A stretch of 61,741 nt of DNA, counting the filler, from Syncephalis fuscata S228 (taxonomy: Eukaryota > Fungi > Zoopagomycota), in NCBI GenBank assembly GCA_025786725.1. It is 3 parts of 3 records of this genome, joined end to end, with 100 filler letters (N's around TTAATTAATTAA, not from the genome) between each part and the next. Parts side by side here need not be neighbours in the genome. Positions count along the whole stretch, not along the records: positions 1 to 20,199 come from JAHLTZ010000168.1; 2 more parts are not named here. One strand, 5' to 3'. Shown in pieces: positions 1 to 12,449 of the stretch. Under the pieces are notes generated by a model. The model saw only the letters and a program-made list of their open reading frames with translations, did not search any database and had not been told where the DNA came from. Position numbers and translations under genes: made by a program. How positions within the stretch are numbered: position 1 is the first letter of the stretch; every line of letters begins with the position of its first letter.

Positions 1-1962
1 ACGTATGCGGTAGTCGTGTTGTGATCTGTACCATCCTCGGTTGTGGGTTGTACATTTGGATCAATGTTTGATGATATAATCGCGCCGACAAAAGGTATGT
101 GTCTATTATATGTACTTTGTACCAAGGTTGCAGCACTGTTTTTACTGTTCGCTTTAACTGCCTTTTTATCTTTACGCTGGCCATCAGACTTTGGCCGTAA
201 ACCAATAATAAAAAGAAGCGGACCAATACGCACAACAGACGATAATTTATAAAGAGCTATACGAGCAACTTCTGCCTCGACACTATAATGCCAAACTTTT
301 TCGTATTTCATTATGTTTACGATAAAGACCAGTAGATGTCCAAATGAAAATACTGCGCATATTTTTGTCACCTATTATGTTAGTGGTGAGTATCACTGCT
401 TTTTCTTTTTTTGTTTAAAAATATAGTTTTTACACTTACCAATGACAGCGCATGTCTTGCAGTGCTATTTGCTAATAGATTGCCTTGTTTTAACCAAAAT
501 GTTATACCTAAACACAGATGACTTAACATTGTTGTATTTGTAAATAATATTGTAATGTTACCATAATAAGTAAATGCAATGGCAATAATCATTAGAGTCG
601 CCAATGTAAAGTAATTACACACATTTTGCACTGTGCTCTGTACAATGGATGGCTGAGTAAACGCAGAACTAGCATAAACTATTCGCTCAATAGCTGTTAT
701 TAAAAACGAGACAATGATAACATATCGAAGCAGCTGTAAATATCGACTGCTCCGCACGCTGACTGCAATTAAATGCCTAGTTATTATTATTATTGTTGTT
801 GTTATTAGTAATGACGGGTATTAATATAGTTAAGAACAACCTTGTTGCATTATATAACATACCATAGCAGTAGTAGTAGATAAAATCCGACGAATGCAAA
901 TATTCTTTGAAAAAAAGTTATACACTCATAAGCCGAGCTTCTTAGTCTGAGCGGAAATCCTAATGCGCATACTAAAGTAATATATATATATATATATATA
1001 TAAGCCAGATGGTTAACATTCTATTAATATTAGTAATGATAATCTTGTCTTACATATTGCGGCACACAACGCAAATACATAAATTACAGCTTGATACTTA
1101 GTGATGGTTCTTTTTTCCTTGATCAAACGGTATAAAACTACAAAACTGTACAATATAATGCTTATAAATACGCCCAGTGTGCAATATATGAATGCTCGAT
1201 ATCCAATTGATAGAAAAACATTATTCCAAGGCCCTGGTTCTGTAAATAAGCCGTTTTATATATTAACTAATATTAGCTAATATTTGAAATATAATAACCA
1301 ATACTAAAATCAATCAATTACCTTCTTCAACTGTTACAATAATTGCTGCTTTTAACTTAGCGAATGCAGCTAAAATGGTCAGATAATTATTCAGTGGCAA
1401 TAATGCAATGTTGACCGGAGAAGCGCCTTCGTAAAAACTAAACCCATATGTCGTATAAGACATGGTGGGAGATGCACCAAAACTGGGACCTGGTTTTGTA
1501 TTAGATATGTATAGCGCCGTGTCAATTGAAAAGTCTTTCGTGCTATTTAAATACTGCTTAAGTTTAGAAACTGCGACTCCCGCCTAGTTATAGCGATAGT
1601 TAGAATGTGCTAATTCAATACTGGCGTTGATGGCTTACATGAGCAATTGTTTTACATCCACATTCTTTTGCTTCTAGACTATCAACACCAATAATTACAC
1701 TTGTGATGTTGTCTGATTTTACATTATTCAGCCCAGCTCGAGCTATATTAAGAACGCGTGGTAATATCTCGCATGTTGAATTTGGATTAAACACAGCTTT
1801 TGCAAAAACGCCGCGAGTTGTATACGGCGCAACTTCAATTTCAAATAAATCTTGTGTGTGATATTGAAATGTTTGATTGCCTACACGAAATGTGGCCATA
1901 CCAAATGCAGACACGCCAAAGCATAGTAATAGCGCAACTGTTCCTATATTAGTTAACATCAT
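1..1962 (-). CDS. Orphan membrane receptor-like protein: signal peptide, PA-like ectodomain and 7 predicted TM helices (3' end runs off the window)
   Basis: Six GT-AG exons splice in frame. Hydrophobic N-terminus (MMLTNIGTVALLLCFGVSAFG), then an ectodomain ending VTVEE-EPGPWN, then seven hydrophobic segments ending PLLFIIGLRP and a polar tail. Paralog at 44940-46310. Confidence 0.7.
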
Positions 1963-2859
1963 GTAGAATATGCAATACAAAATAAACTAAAAAAGAATAT
2001 CAGAGTAATTGAACAAAAAAGTTATTTAAGCTATGTGCGAATTTGACCATTGCCATGCTAAAACCAATGCAAGCACGACTTGTTTCGTGTAAATATAAAA
2101 AACTTGTTTTGATGTCCATATATGGCACATATGATACTGATAATAAAGGTCACATGGAAATGGAAGCATTGTTTGGGACAGAGTAGCAAGTGATGGCAGT
2201 CAGTCATGCTGTATAGATACTTATTTGTACATAGTAATAAACTTGGATAAATAATGACAAATAATTTGAATACTAGCTAGAAATTCATGATTTACACGAA
2301 CAGCAATGGTTGGATTTTTGCAAATTTAAAATGATTTTGGAATAACTTTTCAGTTCCATGTTCTTTTAATTATGCTTTTAATAGTTAAAATTTGGATGTT
2401 TGTATTATACTGTTATCTACCTAATCATTATCTGTAATGGGCGAATGGCCAATGGTGTCATGAATATTGCCATATTGTGTGCTGTGTAATTTTTACGCTT
2501 TTACTGCTATTTTATAACTTTATAAAAATAAGTTTGATTAAAATAACTTGGCTATGAAATGGAGACAATACACAAACCAGTCCTGGTGTTCTTGTCATAT
2601 TGTTTCCCGGTATGTTGACTGCTATTTTTAATAGATATGGTATTATTGTGCGTTGAAATTGGCTATAGTCTTAGGTATACCTCACTTCTATATTCAAACT
2701 AATACCGAGAACAGCGTCATTATATCAACAACTTTACCCTTTTAGCAATACTATTTATATATTCTATTCGAACGATATATAATTTATTATTCCAATGTAG
2801 CTAAATATTGACAAAAAATTATAATATTACATAACAGCTAACAAAAATATAAATTATAA

Positions 2860-3319
2860 AGCTACTGTACTTTGATTCTCACATTTTCATTTATTTATCT
2901 CACCCCTCAACACTTTTAAATACAATTAAACACTCACTCATCACTATAACATGTATAATATTGCATCGAGCATTAATTAATTTATATGTAATTATCAATA
3001 CAATAATGTAATTAAATATGCACATTGCAGTATTAGTTGAAGTTAAAATAGCATTTAATAAAATAAAAGGCTTTTTACACTAAATTGTTAAATATCTTTG
3101 TTGAAATGGTCTACAAGCATAAAAAGAATAAATAATTGCAATTATTAAATATAATTATTATAATATACAAGTGTGGTTCAAGTAAACAAAAACAAGATAG
3201 AAAAGAAATAGATCATATAACAGTTTGATGTGCAGTATGACAAACAGGCAGCAGAAGTAGTGAGGAATGACATAGAATCGCGATCATATGGCTTCTATTA
3301 ATATTCGATTAATCTTTCT
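2860..3319 (+). repeat. Left arm of a ~460 bp inverted repeat (partner 11990-12449)
   Basis: Reverse complement of 11990-12449 with ~13 substitutions (mostly transitions) and no indels by manual alignment. Outer end reads TA|CTGTACTTTGATTCTCACA. Confidence 0.95.
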
Positions 3320-3639
3320 TGCAGCAATAAAATTGTTATTTTACACTGAGTTGCTTTAGAACTGCACGCCGTATTGGTGTATTTTGCATTTTTACGGTAT
3401 ATGTAGAAATCGGCAATAATACCCAGACTGAGTAAGTTAGAGCAGTTACGAAATAACTTGAAGTTGTCTAAACTAGTGCGGCAGTGTTCTACAATATCTG
3501 TTATTTGCATTGGTCAGCAATGGTTAATGTAGACACAGATAGTGCTGCTTAGCTGTAAGCTGCGCTGAAACTGTATTATCCGTGCCTTTATCAGCCTATG
3601 ATGGATTTTGCACTGCTTTTCCTGGTCCGGTACTGTAGC

Positions 3640-3770
3640 TGGCACCAACATTTATAATAAATTATTGCAGGACACTTTTTTTGCAATATGTCTTAGTAAT
3701 CTGCGCTTCAAACGCATCATTTTTTGTTGAACAAGTATTGCTATATTTATTTAATTTAGTATGCCAACTG
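3640..3770. repeat. Degenerate dispersed repeat or decayed coding relic (second copy ~44084-44195)
   Basis: CTGGCACCAACATTTATAATAAATTATTGCA vs CTGGCACCAACGTTTATTATGGATTATTACA, plus a further similar block. Minus-strand peptides AIIYYKCWCQLQY and VIIHNKRWCQSQY. Confidence 0.5.
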
Positions 3771-3955
3771 CAAATGCAGATCCATAGCATACAAGTAGCC
3801 ATGTGCGTATCTATGACTAATTACTTAGCAATAATAGAAGTTTAAAAGGACAATTACCGAGAAAAAAATTCATATTAATTGCCAGACAATTTTATAAATC
3901 ACTAATTTTATTTCATTTAATAATTACAAATATGTAGTTAGCTAAAAGCAAATTG

Positions 3956-6900
3956 TTATTGATTGTTGTTGCTTTTATATAATAGCTGAGCCGTTTGCAT
4001 CGTTTCAGAATGAAGTGCTATTAAACGATAATAGCAAAGAATTTGTAAACGATTTTGACGTGTTTGTAGATCCAATTGTGTATTTCCGTGTAATTGCTGG
4101 ATACGTCGATCAATAATAGTTAAATCAAAGCGATAACGACAATCTAATGGACGATGAACATCGGGCGGGCAACCAATGGGACACTGATTCTCGATAGCTG
4201 CAATAGCAAATATTGCAGGAGAAAATGGAACGGGATTGTTGACTCGTTGTAGAAATGCAGCTTGTTGCTCAAACAGTAACTGTTGCTGTTGTCGTTGTAT
4301 TTTTTGCTGCTGTAATTGCATCAACAATTGTGTACATGTTTCTTGAACTGTTGAATCTCGAGTAGTGGCTAGCGGATTATTAATTGGATTTGCTACAGAT
4401 GGATGAGGTCTATTAGTTGCTGTATTTGACTATTACAAATAATAAAAAATTAGTTAATTAAATATCATCATAATTTTAATCACTTACTCTATTTGCTTGC
4501 TGTGTTAAAGGACTAAGTTGCATATGATTAGGCACGTTACTTCCATTATTAGTTGTTGAAACCGGCATTGGTCTATTGACGGGCCTATTAGATCCAGTAG
4601 CCATTGATGACGGCGTATTCGTCATGGGCACTGTTGGTGGAGTTTTAATAGTATTAGCTAGCGTATATAACGGAGCAGCACCACTTGGCGTTATAGGTGC
4701 AGCAGCAGCTTGAGTTGTTTTTCTTGTCCAATTCTGGGTTTGTTGTTGTTGCTGCTGCTGTTTTTGTTGGCTATCCGAATGTAGTGTAGACATAGTAGCC
4801 AATGTCGAAATAGCCCCTGAAGGTACTGGTGGTGTCGTTGCTGTTGGATATGAAGAGCGACTATTATGTTGACTTTGAGTAGGCTTCATTGGCAAACTTG
4901 CTAATGGTGTAGAAGTCATCACTGGAGGAAATGCACGCTGTGTTGGCAGTATTGTTTCAGCTGCAGTCGTTCCAGTTGCCACTACTGTCTTTGTGCTATT
5001 AAGCATTTGATAGGCAGTTGATGTAGGTTCAGTTTTCAACGGTGTCGTTAATGGTGCGGACTGAGTAGTCGCTGTTGTTGCGGCTGGTGCATCTGCCGGT
5101 GTGTTAATCGCTTTAACGGCTGAACGCGGAGCATCTGATAAATTAGGAAAGTTATTCTTCATCTTTGGCCAAGGTATTTGCCATGTCTGTTGAGGCTGTG
5201 CCTGTTTATTCGATACCATTGGCTTTTTAAACGATAATAAACGAGATGCATCTGTTCCTGGCTTCATAGGCAACGGTGCAGTGGCCGGTTTAGTTTGATC
5301 ACTTGTAGCTATATTTTTGCTATTATTATTATTACCAACTTCATCATCTTCAAGTTCAATAACAACAGGCGATGAAGGTTTTTTTATATCTACAATTGGT
5401 AATGGCACAGCAGTTACAGTGGGGAATGTAGGCGGTACTGGCGTTGTATTGATAGATTTTTGCTGCTGCTCTTTTTGATCACTTGTAGCTAACTTTAAAG
5501 ATCCACCTTCAGGTAACAAAGTTACCGAAGTATCATTTGCCGTCTTCGCTGTTGAAGCTGCTGATTTAAAAGGCGCTTTTAATGGTGTCGAATCTATTAC
5601 CGTTGTTTTGTCATCATACTTTTGTAAAATAGCATGAACAATTGTGTGGTAATATTCAGTCGGTACCTTATTACGATTAAAAATCTCCTTGATTTGTATA
5701 TAGTTTATATCTTTGTTCACTTCTGTGTTAAATCCACTTTGCTTTACTTTTTGTCGTGCTTCTTGCATAAGTGCCGTAATATTGATTCGATCTTTAGGAT
5801 CAGTGATGTAGCGTTCAATAATATTATCTTGATTAGCCACTTCATTTGATACTTGTAATACTGTTTCTTTTTTAGTCTTTTCTGCTGGTACAGACACAGT
5901 AGTTGAAGATGTTGGCGGTGTTCGATAAGACGACTGTCTATTTTCATTATTAACGGGTATTTTGCTGTCATTAGCTATTGTTGGTGATTCTATCGATAAA
6001 TCAGATTTGACAGCTACTTTATCGTCTATTAAGGCAACATCTTTACTATCGGCCATTGTCACAACTGTAGTAGTAGTAGTAGTAGTAGCAAGTTTAGATA
6101 CTGGTTGTTTCTCAATAACCTTTTCTTTTGGCGATGGCTCAACTCGATTCACTGCTTGTTGATTAGTGGCTACATTAACTTGTTTTGCTTGGCTATTATT
6201 ATTATTATTATTAGCAGGCTTTGGTACTGTTTTGACTGAGCCCAATGATAATGGTGTGGTGATCGGCTTTAACTGTCCATCTTGCCAAATTTGTGTAGGA
6301 GATGCTGTTGGATTAGATCCTTTAGGCATCCGTTTCATTTGTTGTATCATCGTTCTAAAAGCTAGTTTTGTGTAAACAGTATGAGGCTTGTCCTTAATAT
6401 ACTGCTTAGTTGTTCTATTAAAACCACATGCTAATATTTCAGGCAACACTACTGCCAATGAAGCAGTATTGGATAATAGCGGTAGAAATAATCCTTCTAA
6501 TAATTGTATAAAGTTAAATAACTATAATATTTGTATTCACATAAATACTTACCTTCAACCGATTGCTGAATAACAAGATGAAAGATTGACATATTCTACT
6601 TAGTGTGTTAATTAAACTGTGTATATCTATTAATACTAATTAGCATTACTTACTTCCAGTGATCCAACACCGTGACACTGTTCAATAATCGTTTCACTTT
6701 TTACAACTGGACTAAGAAATATAAGTGTATCGACTATTGTGAAATACGAAGCCATGTTATTTGTAGCCAGTATTAATTTATAGTGTTGTTGTTCGAATAA
6801 ACTAAGCGACAGATGTAACTTCTCTTGTGACATATTCTCATCCTAATTGATTCAAAGCAATGTATAAATCATTAGTCTATCAGTAGTTTGTTATTCTATT

Positions 6901-9900
6901 ACGCTAATAAACTTACCATACATAAATGAGGAATTGATAATAAAGATAAAAATGAAGAACAGCGGTCCAGTATTTGCTTTGTATGAGCAACTAGTAAAAT
7001 ACGACGCTGTTCAGGTATTAGCACTGACAATAATAGATATAATACAGCATATTTATCAGATCCTTGTTCTGGAGAATTAGCCGGTGGCGATAACAGTACA
7101 TTAGCAGTATTTGAATCAAGTACTGGATAATCAACAATCTTCCGTAACTCATTAAATAGTTGCTGTGCCTTAATAGTCACTGCCTTATTTGAACCAGATA
7201 CATGGGGTAGTAATAGAGTAGATTGATTTTTCTCTAATACTTGTGAATATTGCAGTTGTTGCTGTGTAGTCATTGTTACCGGTAAAATAACTTGTACCTA
7301 TTTAGATATGTATATGTATATTAATCAATTAAATAGCCTTATTATTAGCTATCATCTTACTTTACTGGGCAACTCATTAATTACTTGCAATTTGGTTCGT
7401 CTCAATACATGCTGGTTTAATATCTATATATTTAATGGATTGCTTAATTAATCAGCTAGCTACTTAATTAATACAATAAACTTACTTGTTCTTGTTGACG
7501 TTTTTCATTCTCTAAATCAATAGGCTTATTTCCCGCCCATTGGCCTGGATTCAAACAACGAATCCATGGCAGATAACGCTGCGTAAATTGAATAGAATGA
7601 CCTATTAAATCAACATTATAGTTGATATATTAATTACTATATTTAAACTCCTTACCATCAAGTAAAACTGTTTGTTGTCGCTTTAATTGTTGAAGTACAT
7701 TAACCAACCGAGTAGATATATCGGTACTGCAACTAGATACATCATCAATGACAATAGATGACCAGGCCTGATTCTTAAATAGCGACTCATCACAAATCAA
7801 GGTCTGATAGCTGACCACAACAATATGAGCGGTTAAACGATTAGTCCATGGCTTTAATGCAAGTAAGTGTTCAGCGGTCACTTGTCGTAACTCACTAACT
7901 CCTGCATAGGTCAATGTAATTACTCGAAGTGTATCCCACGTCGATAATAGAGCTTTCCAGTGGAATATCATCGATTCATGTACAATAATCAATGAAGGAT
8001 AATTCGTATATTGATCTTGCTCTATAATATAATTTAAAAAGCAGATAACCTGTACTCGTCGACCAAGACCGTGTTCATCATTTAACCAACACCAAGACAA
8101 AGAAGAATCCTTTTCTGTATTGATTGAAAATGAACGTTGCCATTGTGTATATAACCAACTAAAATAAATAAACAATTATTAATTAAATAATATTAATTAC
8201 AATATTACTCACTTTACACCTATTTGTTGATATGGTTTCAATGAAAACCTCGAACATAATAATTGTAACCTTGATTCACTTGTGTTTATAGACTTATTAT
8301 TATCATCTAATGACAATGATGATTGTGGGGTTGAAAATGATTCAGGAGTAATGGTCATAAGTAAAGTGTAGAGGTAGAATTGAATAGCTCGTATATATTC
8401 ACTATATGAAATATCATTCTCTTTTAATGGCAATTCCCATGTACCTATTAATAGTAACAATAACAGCAATAATATAAATAACTATTAATTAATCAGTTCA
8501 TTTAATAATAAACCTACCTTCATTGGCTGGTAATTCCTGCCATTGAATATAAACTTTACTAATATGCGCCATTAGCGACGTTACCACTGCTGTATCTAGG
8601 GCCTCTATTATTATGGCGTTTAACAATGTATACTTATTCCGTACAATCTTTGCCTTTTGTCGTCTCAATAGCGGCATAACATGAAGTGGCAAGGCATTTG
8701 GCTGCCATCGAATACAAATAATACTCTCAACCATCGTCCACGCTATTGATACAGATTGTCGTAACGGTAATAGGGTTCCCGATACTGAAGATGCTTCATA
8801 TTGCTGTAATAATAAAGGTGAAATGGCAGAAATCCATGAAAATGATGCCCATACAATGTCTCGATATGATTTATGTTGAAACTTTATACAATAATCACGT
8901 AATGGATATGGAACTGTATCAACAACAACAACAACAACAACAACATTAGTACTAATCGTATACTATTATAATCTACATACCAAATGTATTATCGTTAAAG
9001 TGAGGTGTAGCTTGAGATGACCGAGAACGTGATGTTATAATTCTTTCTGGTGTCCATGGACATTTTAAACAGTCATTGCATTCCCATTGTTGGTTAGGAG
9101 GGAAGAATTTACTTGGAAAGCATATTTTATGAGCTGATCGATGACATCTCCGACAATTGATAACTGGCTTTAAATGAGCAGCAGCAGATGGTTTAGATGT
9201 TGACTGATTATCCAGTTCAGTATTAATGGCAATACTGCATATAAAACATTGCTTAAGTGGTGGAGTGTCTTTCAATGTAGTTAGTGGTGATTCATTAATA
9301 GTAGGCGTGGCGGGTGTATTATTTAGCATACGCTTCCCATTATTTTCTTCTTCTTCCTCTTCTGATGATAAATCTGGACAGACCCATGATGTTTTGGTGG
9401 GTGTGTTCTGCCCTCTTACTGGTGACACTGTACGTTGACCTAACATACGCTTTTGTGTATTCAATTTATTGGACCATACAGGCTGAACCACTTTGCTTGG
9501 TTTATCTTTATCCATATCACTGTTACTGTTACTGTTACTGTTACCGTATTGGCTATTATCTTTACTACGAATATCCATATCACTATTAGAGTCATTATCT
9601 TTTATAATTATTTTAGTAGGTCTTCTTTGTTTCTGCTGATTCTCTTTACTATTTGATAGCTTATTTTTTCTAAGTGATAATATTGGTTTATCGTCATCAC
9701 TATCATCGTCATCACTAGTATTGCCATCACTTTTATCGCCATCACTATCATTATTGTTGCTTTCTTCGCTAGATGAGTCTTGTTCCGATGATATTGATAG
9801 CTCTCTGGTACTTTGAGTCATAAATAGCTTGTCTGAACAGATAGTAAAGCGTATAATTTTTGGATGTTCAATAACAATATTTTTCCATCCATTCGCTTTG

Positions 9901-10881
9901 CTTGATGATTGACGGGCAGCAAATTCAAAGGTTTCAATCAATAATGAGGCACTGTCTAATGAAGATAATTGTTCCTATAGAGTAAACGTTAGTATTAGTA
10001 ATATATAATATTATTATAATGCTTACCCAGCTATAGGTGCCCATGATGTCTCTAACCAAGTAGTAAACACGTCCCCCTTCTTCAGTACGTTTAGCAACAA
10101 TCTCTTCAATATCCGTAGGTGAATTTGATTCATTAGATGTGCTATCTGTACTCATGGCCATATTAGATGTATTAAAAGACTTTTTTATAGATATTTTAAA
10201 GTGACGGGCTGCACTCAAATAGCTGTCATCTTGTTCATCTGTTGATAGTAGCGATCGCTTCAGTCTTCTTTGCCAATCTTTGTAATAAGAGCGTATTGGA
10301 TGATTGGCTTGTATCATAGCCTTTATAATAGAATCGACTGTATGTTCTAATGGCCCTTTTCGTTTTACTAATGGCTTTTTGGATTTTATAGCTGATTGTT
10401 GATCATTTAATTTACCATAAGCTTTGCGTTTCATCGGTGGCCCTTGAGGGCTCGTCGAATCAGATTGGCCTGTGTTCTTTGATATGGAGGCTGTTTTTGT
10501 ATGTGATCTATCCTTCATTGGCGTATCGTCATCACTAATTGAGCGTTTACGAGAATAACGAGCTATATTCTTTAATCGTTGTCTATCAAACTCTCGTACT
10601 AGATCAATACAGCCATCAAGATTCGAAATATTCTCCCACGTAGCTTGATCCTCTGGGAAATTAAGCCATTTTACGTAATAAACTGGTCCACCTGGCAGAT
10701 CCTCATAATCAAGAATTCTTTCTACTTCATACACATTGGCTTCATCAGGAGAGTTGGTGTTAAGACTTTCTATTTCAATAACATCGTGTTCTTTCATACT
10801 GTCGGTGTTGGCGTTAACTTGATTGCGACGGCGTTGACGCCGTGCTTCTTTCTCTGCTCGATTCTTACTGATGTTAGTCAT
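3956..10881 (-). CDS. Mit1/CHD(Mi-2)-like chromatin protein with extra N-terminal chromodomains and a degenerate SNF2 ATPase
   Basis: About 12 exons. Chromodomain YEVERILD..YYVKWLNFPEDQATWE; second chromo-like IEEIVAKR..YYLVR..YSWEQ; PHD CFIC..CRRCHRSAHKIC..WECNDC; two further chromo-like segments (PERIITSR..IKFQHKSYRDIVW; VESIICIRW..VYIQWQELPANEG.TWELP); SNF2 N-lobe LKPYQQIGV..DEHGLGRRVQVICFL; helicase-C remnants; long S/T/P/Q-rich region; C-terminal CPIGCPPDVHRPLDC zinc-finger-like motif. Confidence 0.8.
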
Positions 10882-11794
10882 AGAATGATCAATGACTCTG
10901 GGCTTGGTACGGCTTGCCGTAACACTCGTTTCTGTTAAGTTGTTTACTTTTTAGCTGTTACCGATACAAATAGTGAAATTGGCTAGACTGATTTTAACTA
11001 TAGATTCATCATAGCGTAAATATATTGAATACATTTATGGCAGTTTGCCGTGCTAAACTGGAATCATTCAGTGGTACTTACCTTGTACAGCGACAATTAC
11101 GTTCGAATTTAATAGCCGTATTGCAATTCAATTACTGTAATCAGTGTATATATATATTCAATTGACCGCACAGAAATGACGTGGACGCTAGAGGTAACAG
11201 GCAACAGAGTAAATAGATAAAAGAAAAAGGCTAGACGCTGATGAAAATGTTACACGGTATGTGCAGGTGTGTGTAAATAATAAGACAATTCTAGACTCAG
11301 TACGCGAATATTTAAATAATAGTTGTTAAATCTAGTGTTTATATTATAATATAGCTGCATTAGTGTATTAATTAGCATGTCTATAATGATTATAAATAGT
11401 TTTGACACTTTAACAATATACTAGATATTATTAATGATAAATTGTAATGATCATTAGTATGTTGTCATATGACCATTATTTGTGACATGATCCAATGTGG
11501 CGTGTGTGTGTGTGTGTGTTTGGACTAATGTCCTTTTTTGTAACCATTTTCCTACAATCTTCTCATCATATGTCATGGCTTGTAAAAATCAGTATATGGC
11601 AAGATTTGGAAGTGAATGGTGTGACAGCAATAAAGACTATTAAAACTATAAATCTATTATAGTTTAAGTTTACATTAGTGTATTGGTTTAACTAAATAAA
11701 ATATAATGTATTGTTATTTAATTAATCATCTGCTATTGTTATTAATAAGCTACTTTTTAATTAATACTTGTATACTATCATAAATTAGGACGAA

Positions 11795-12444
11795 CTGTAC
11801 TTTGACTTTCACACTTGTCCCCAAAGCATAAGTTGTTTCAATCAGAGTCATGTCATTGTTATACACAACATAGTTATATTACTTTATATTAAAATATTAT
11901 TAATAAGTTGATTTAAATAAACAATGTAATATACTATTTGATTTATTTGAAACATTTAAGGTTAATTATTATTGTTGTTGGTCATGCGTAGAAAGATTGA
12001 TCGAATATTAATAGAAGCCATATGATTGCAATTCCATGTCATTCCTCATTACTTCTGCTGCCTGTTTGTCATACTGCACATCAAACTGTTATATGGTCTA
12101 TTTCTTTTCTATTTTGTTTTTGTTTACTTGAACCACACTTGTATATTATAATAATTATATTTAATAATCGCAATTATTTATTCTTTTTATACTTGTAGAC
12201 CATTTCAACAAAGATATTTAACAATTTAGTGTAAAAAGCCTTTTATTTTATTAAATGCTATTTTAACTTCAACTAAAACTGCAATGTGCATATTTAATTA
12301 CATTATTGTATTGATAATTACATATAAATTAATTAATGCTCGATGCAATATTATACATGTTATAGTGATGAGTGAGTGTTGAGTTGTATTTAAAAGTGTT
12401 GAGGGGTGAGATAAATAAATAAAAATGTGAGAATCAAAGTACAG
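11795..12444. mobile_element. ~650 bp MITE-like non-autonomous element with imperfect ~20 bp TIRs
   Basis: Left end CTGTACTTTGACTTTCACA (11795) and right end TGTGAGAATCAAAGTACAG (12444) followed by TA. No ORF. Its right ~455 bp is the copy repeated inverted at 2864-3319. Confidence 0.65.
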
Positions 12445-12449
12445 TAGCT
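11990..12449 (-). repeat. Right arm of the ~460 bp inverted repeat (partner 2860-3319)
   Basis: Direct manual alignment to the reverse complement of 2860-3319, ~97% identity. Confidence 0.95.
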
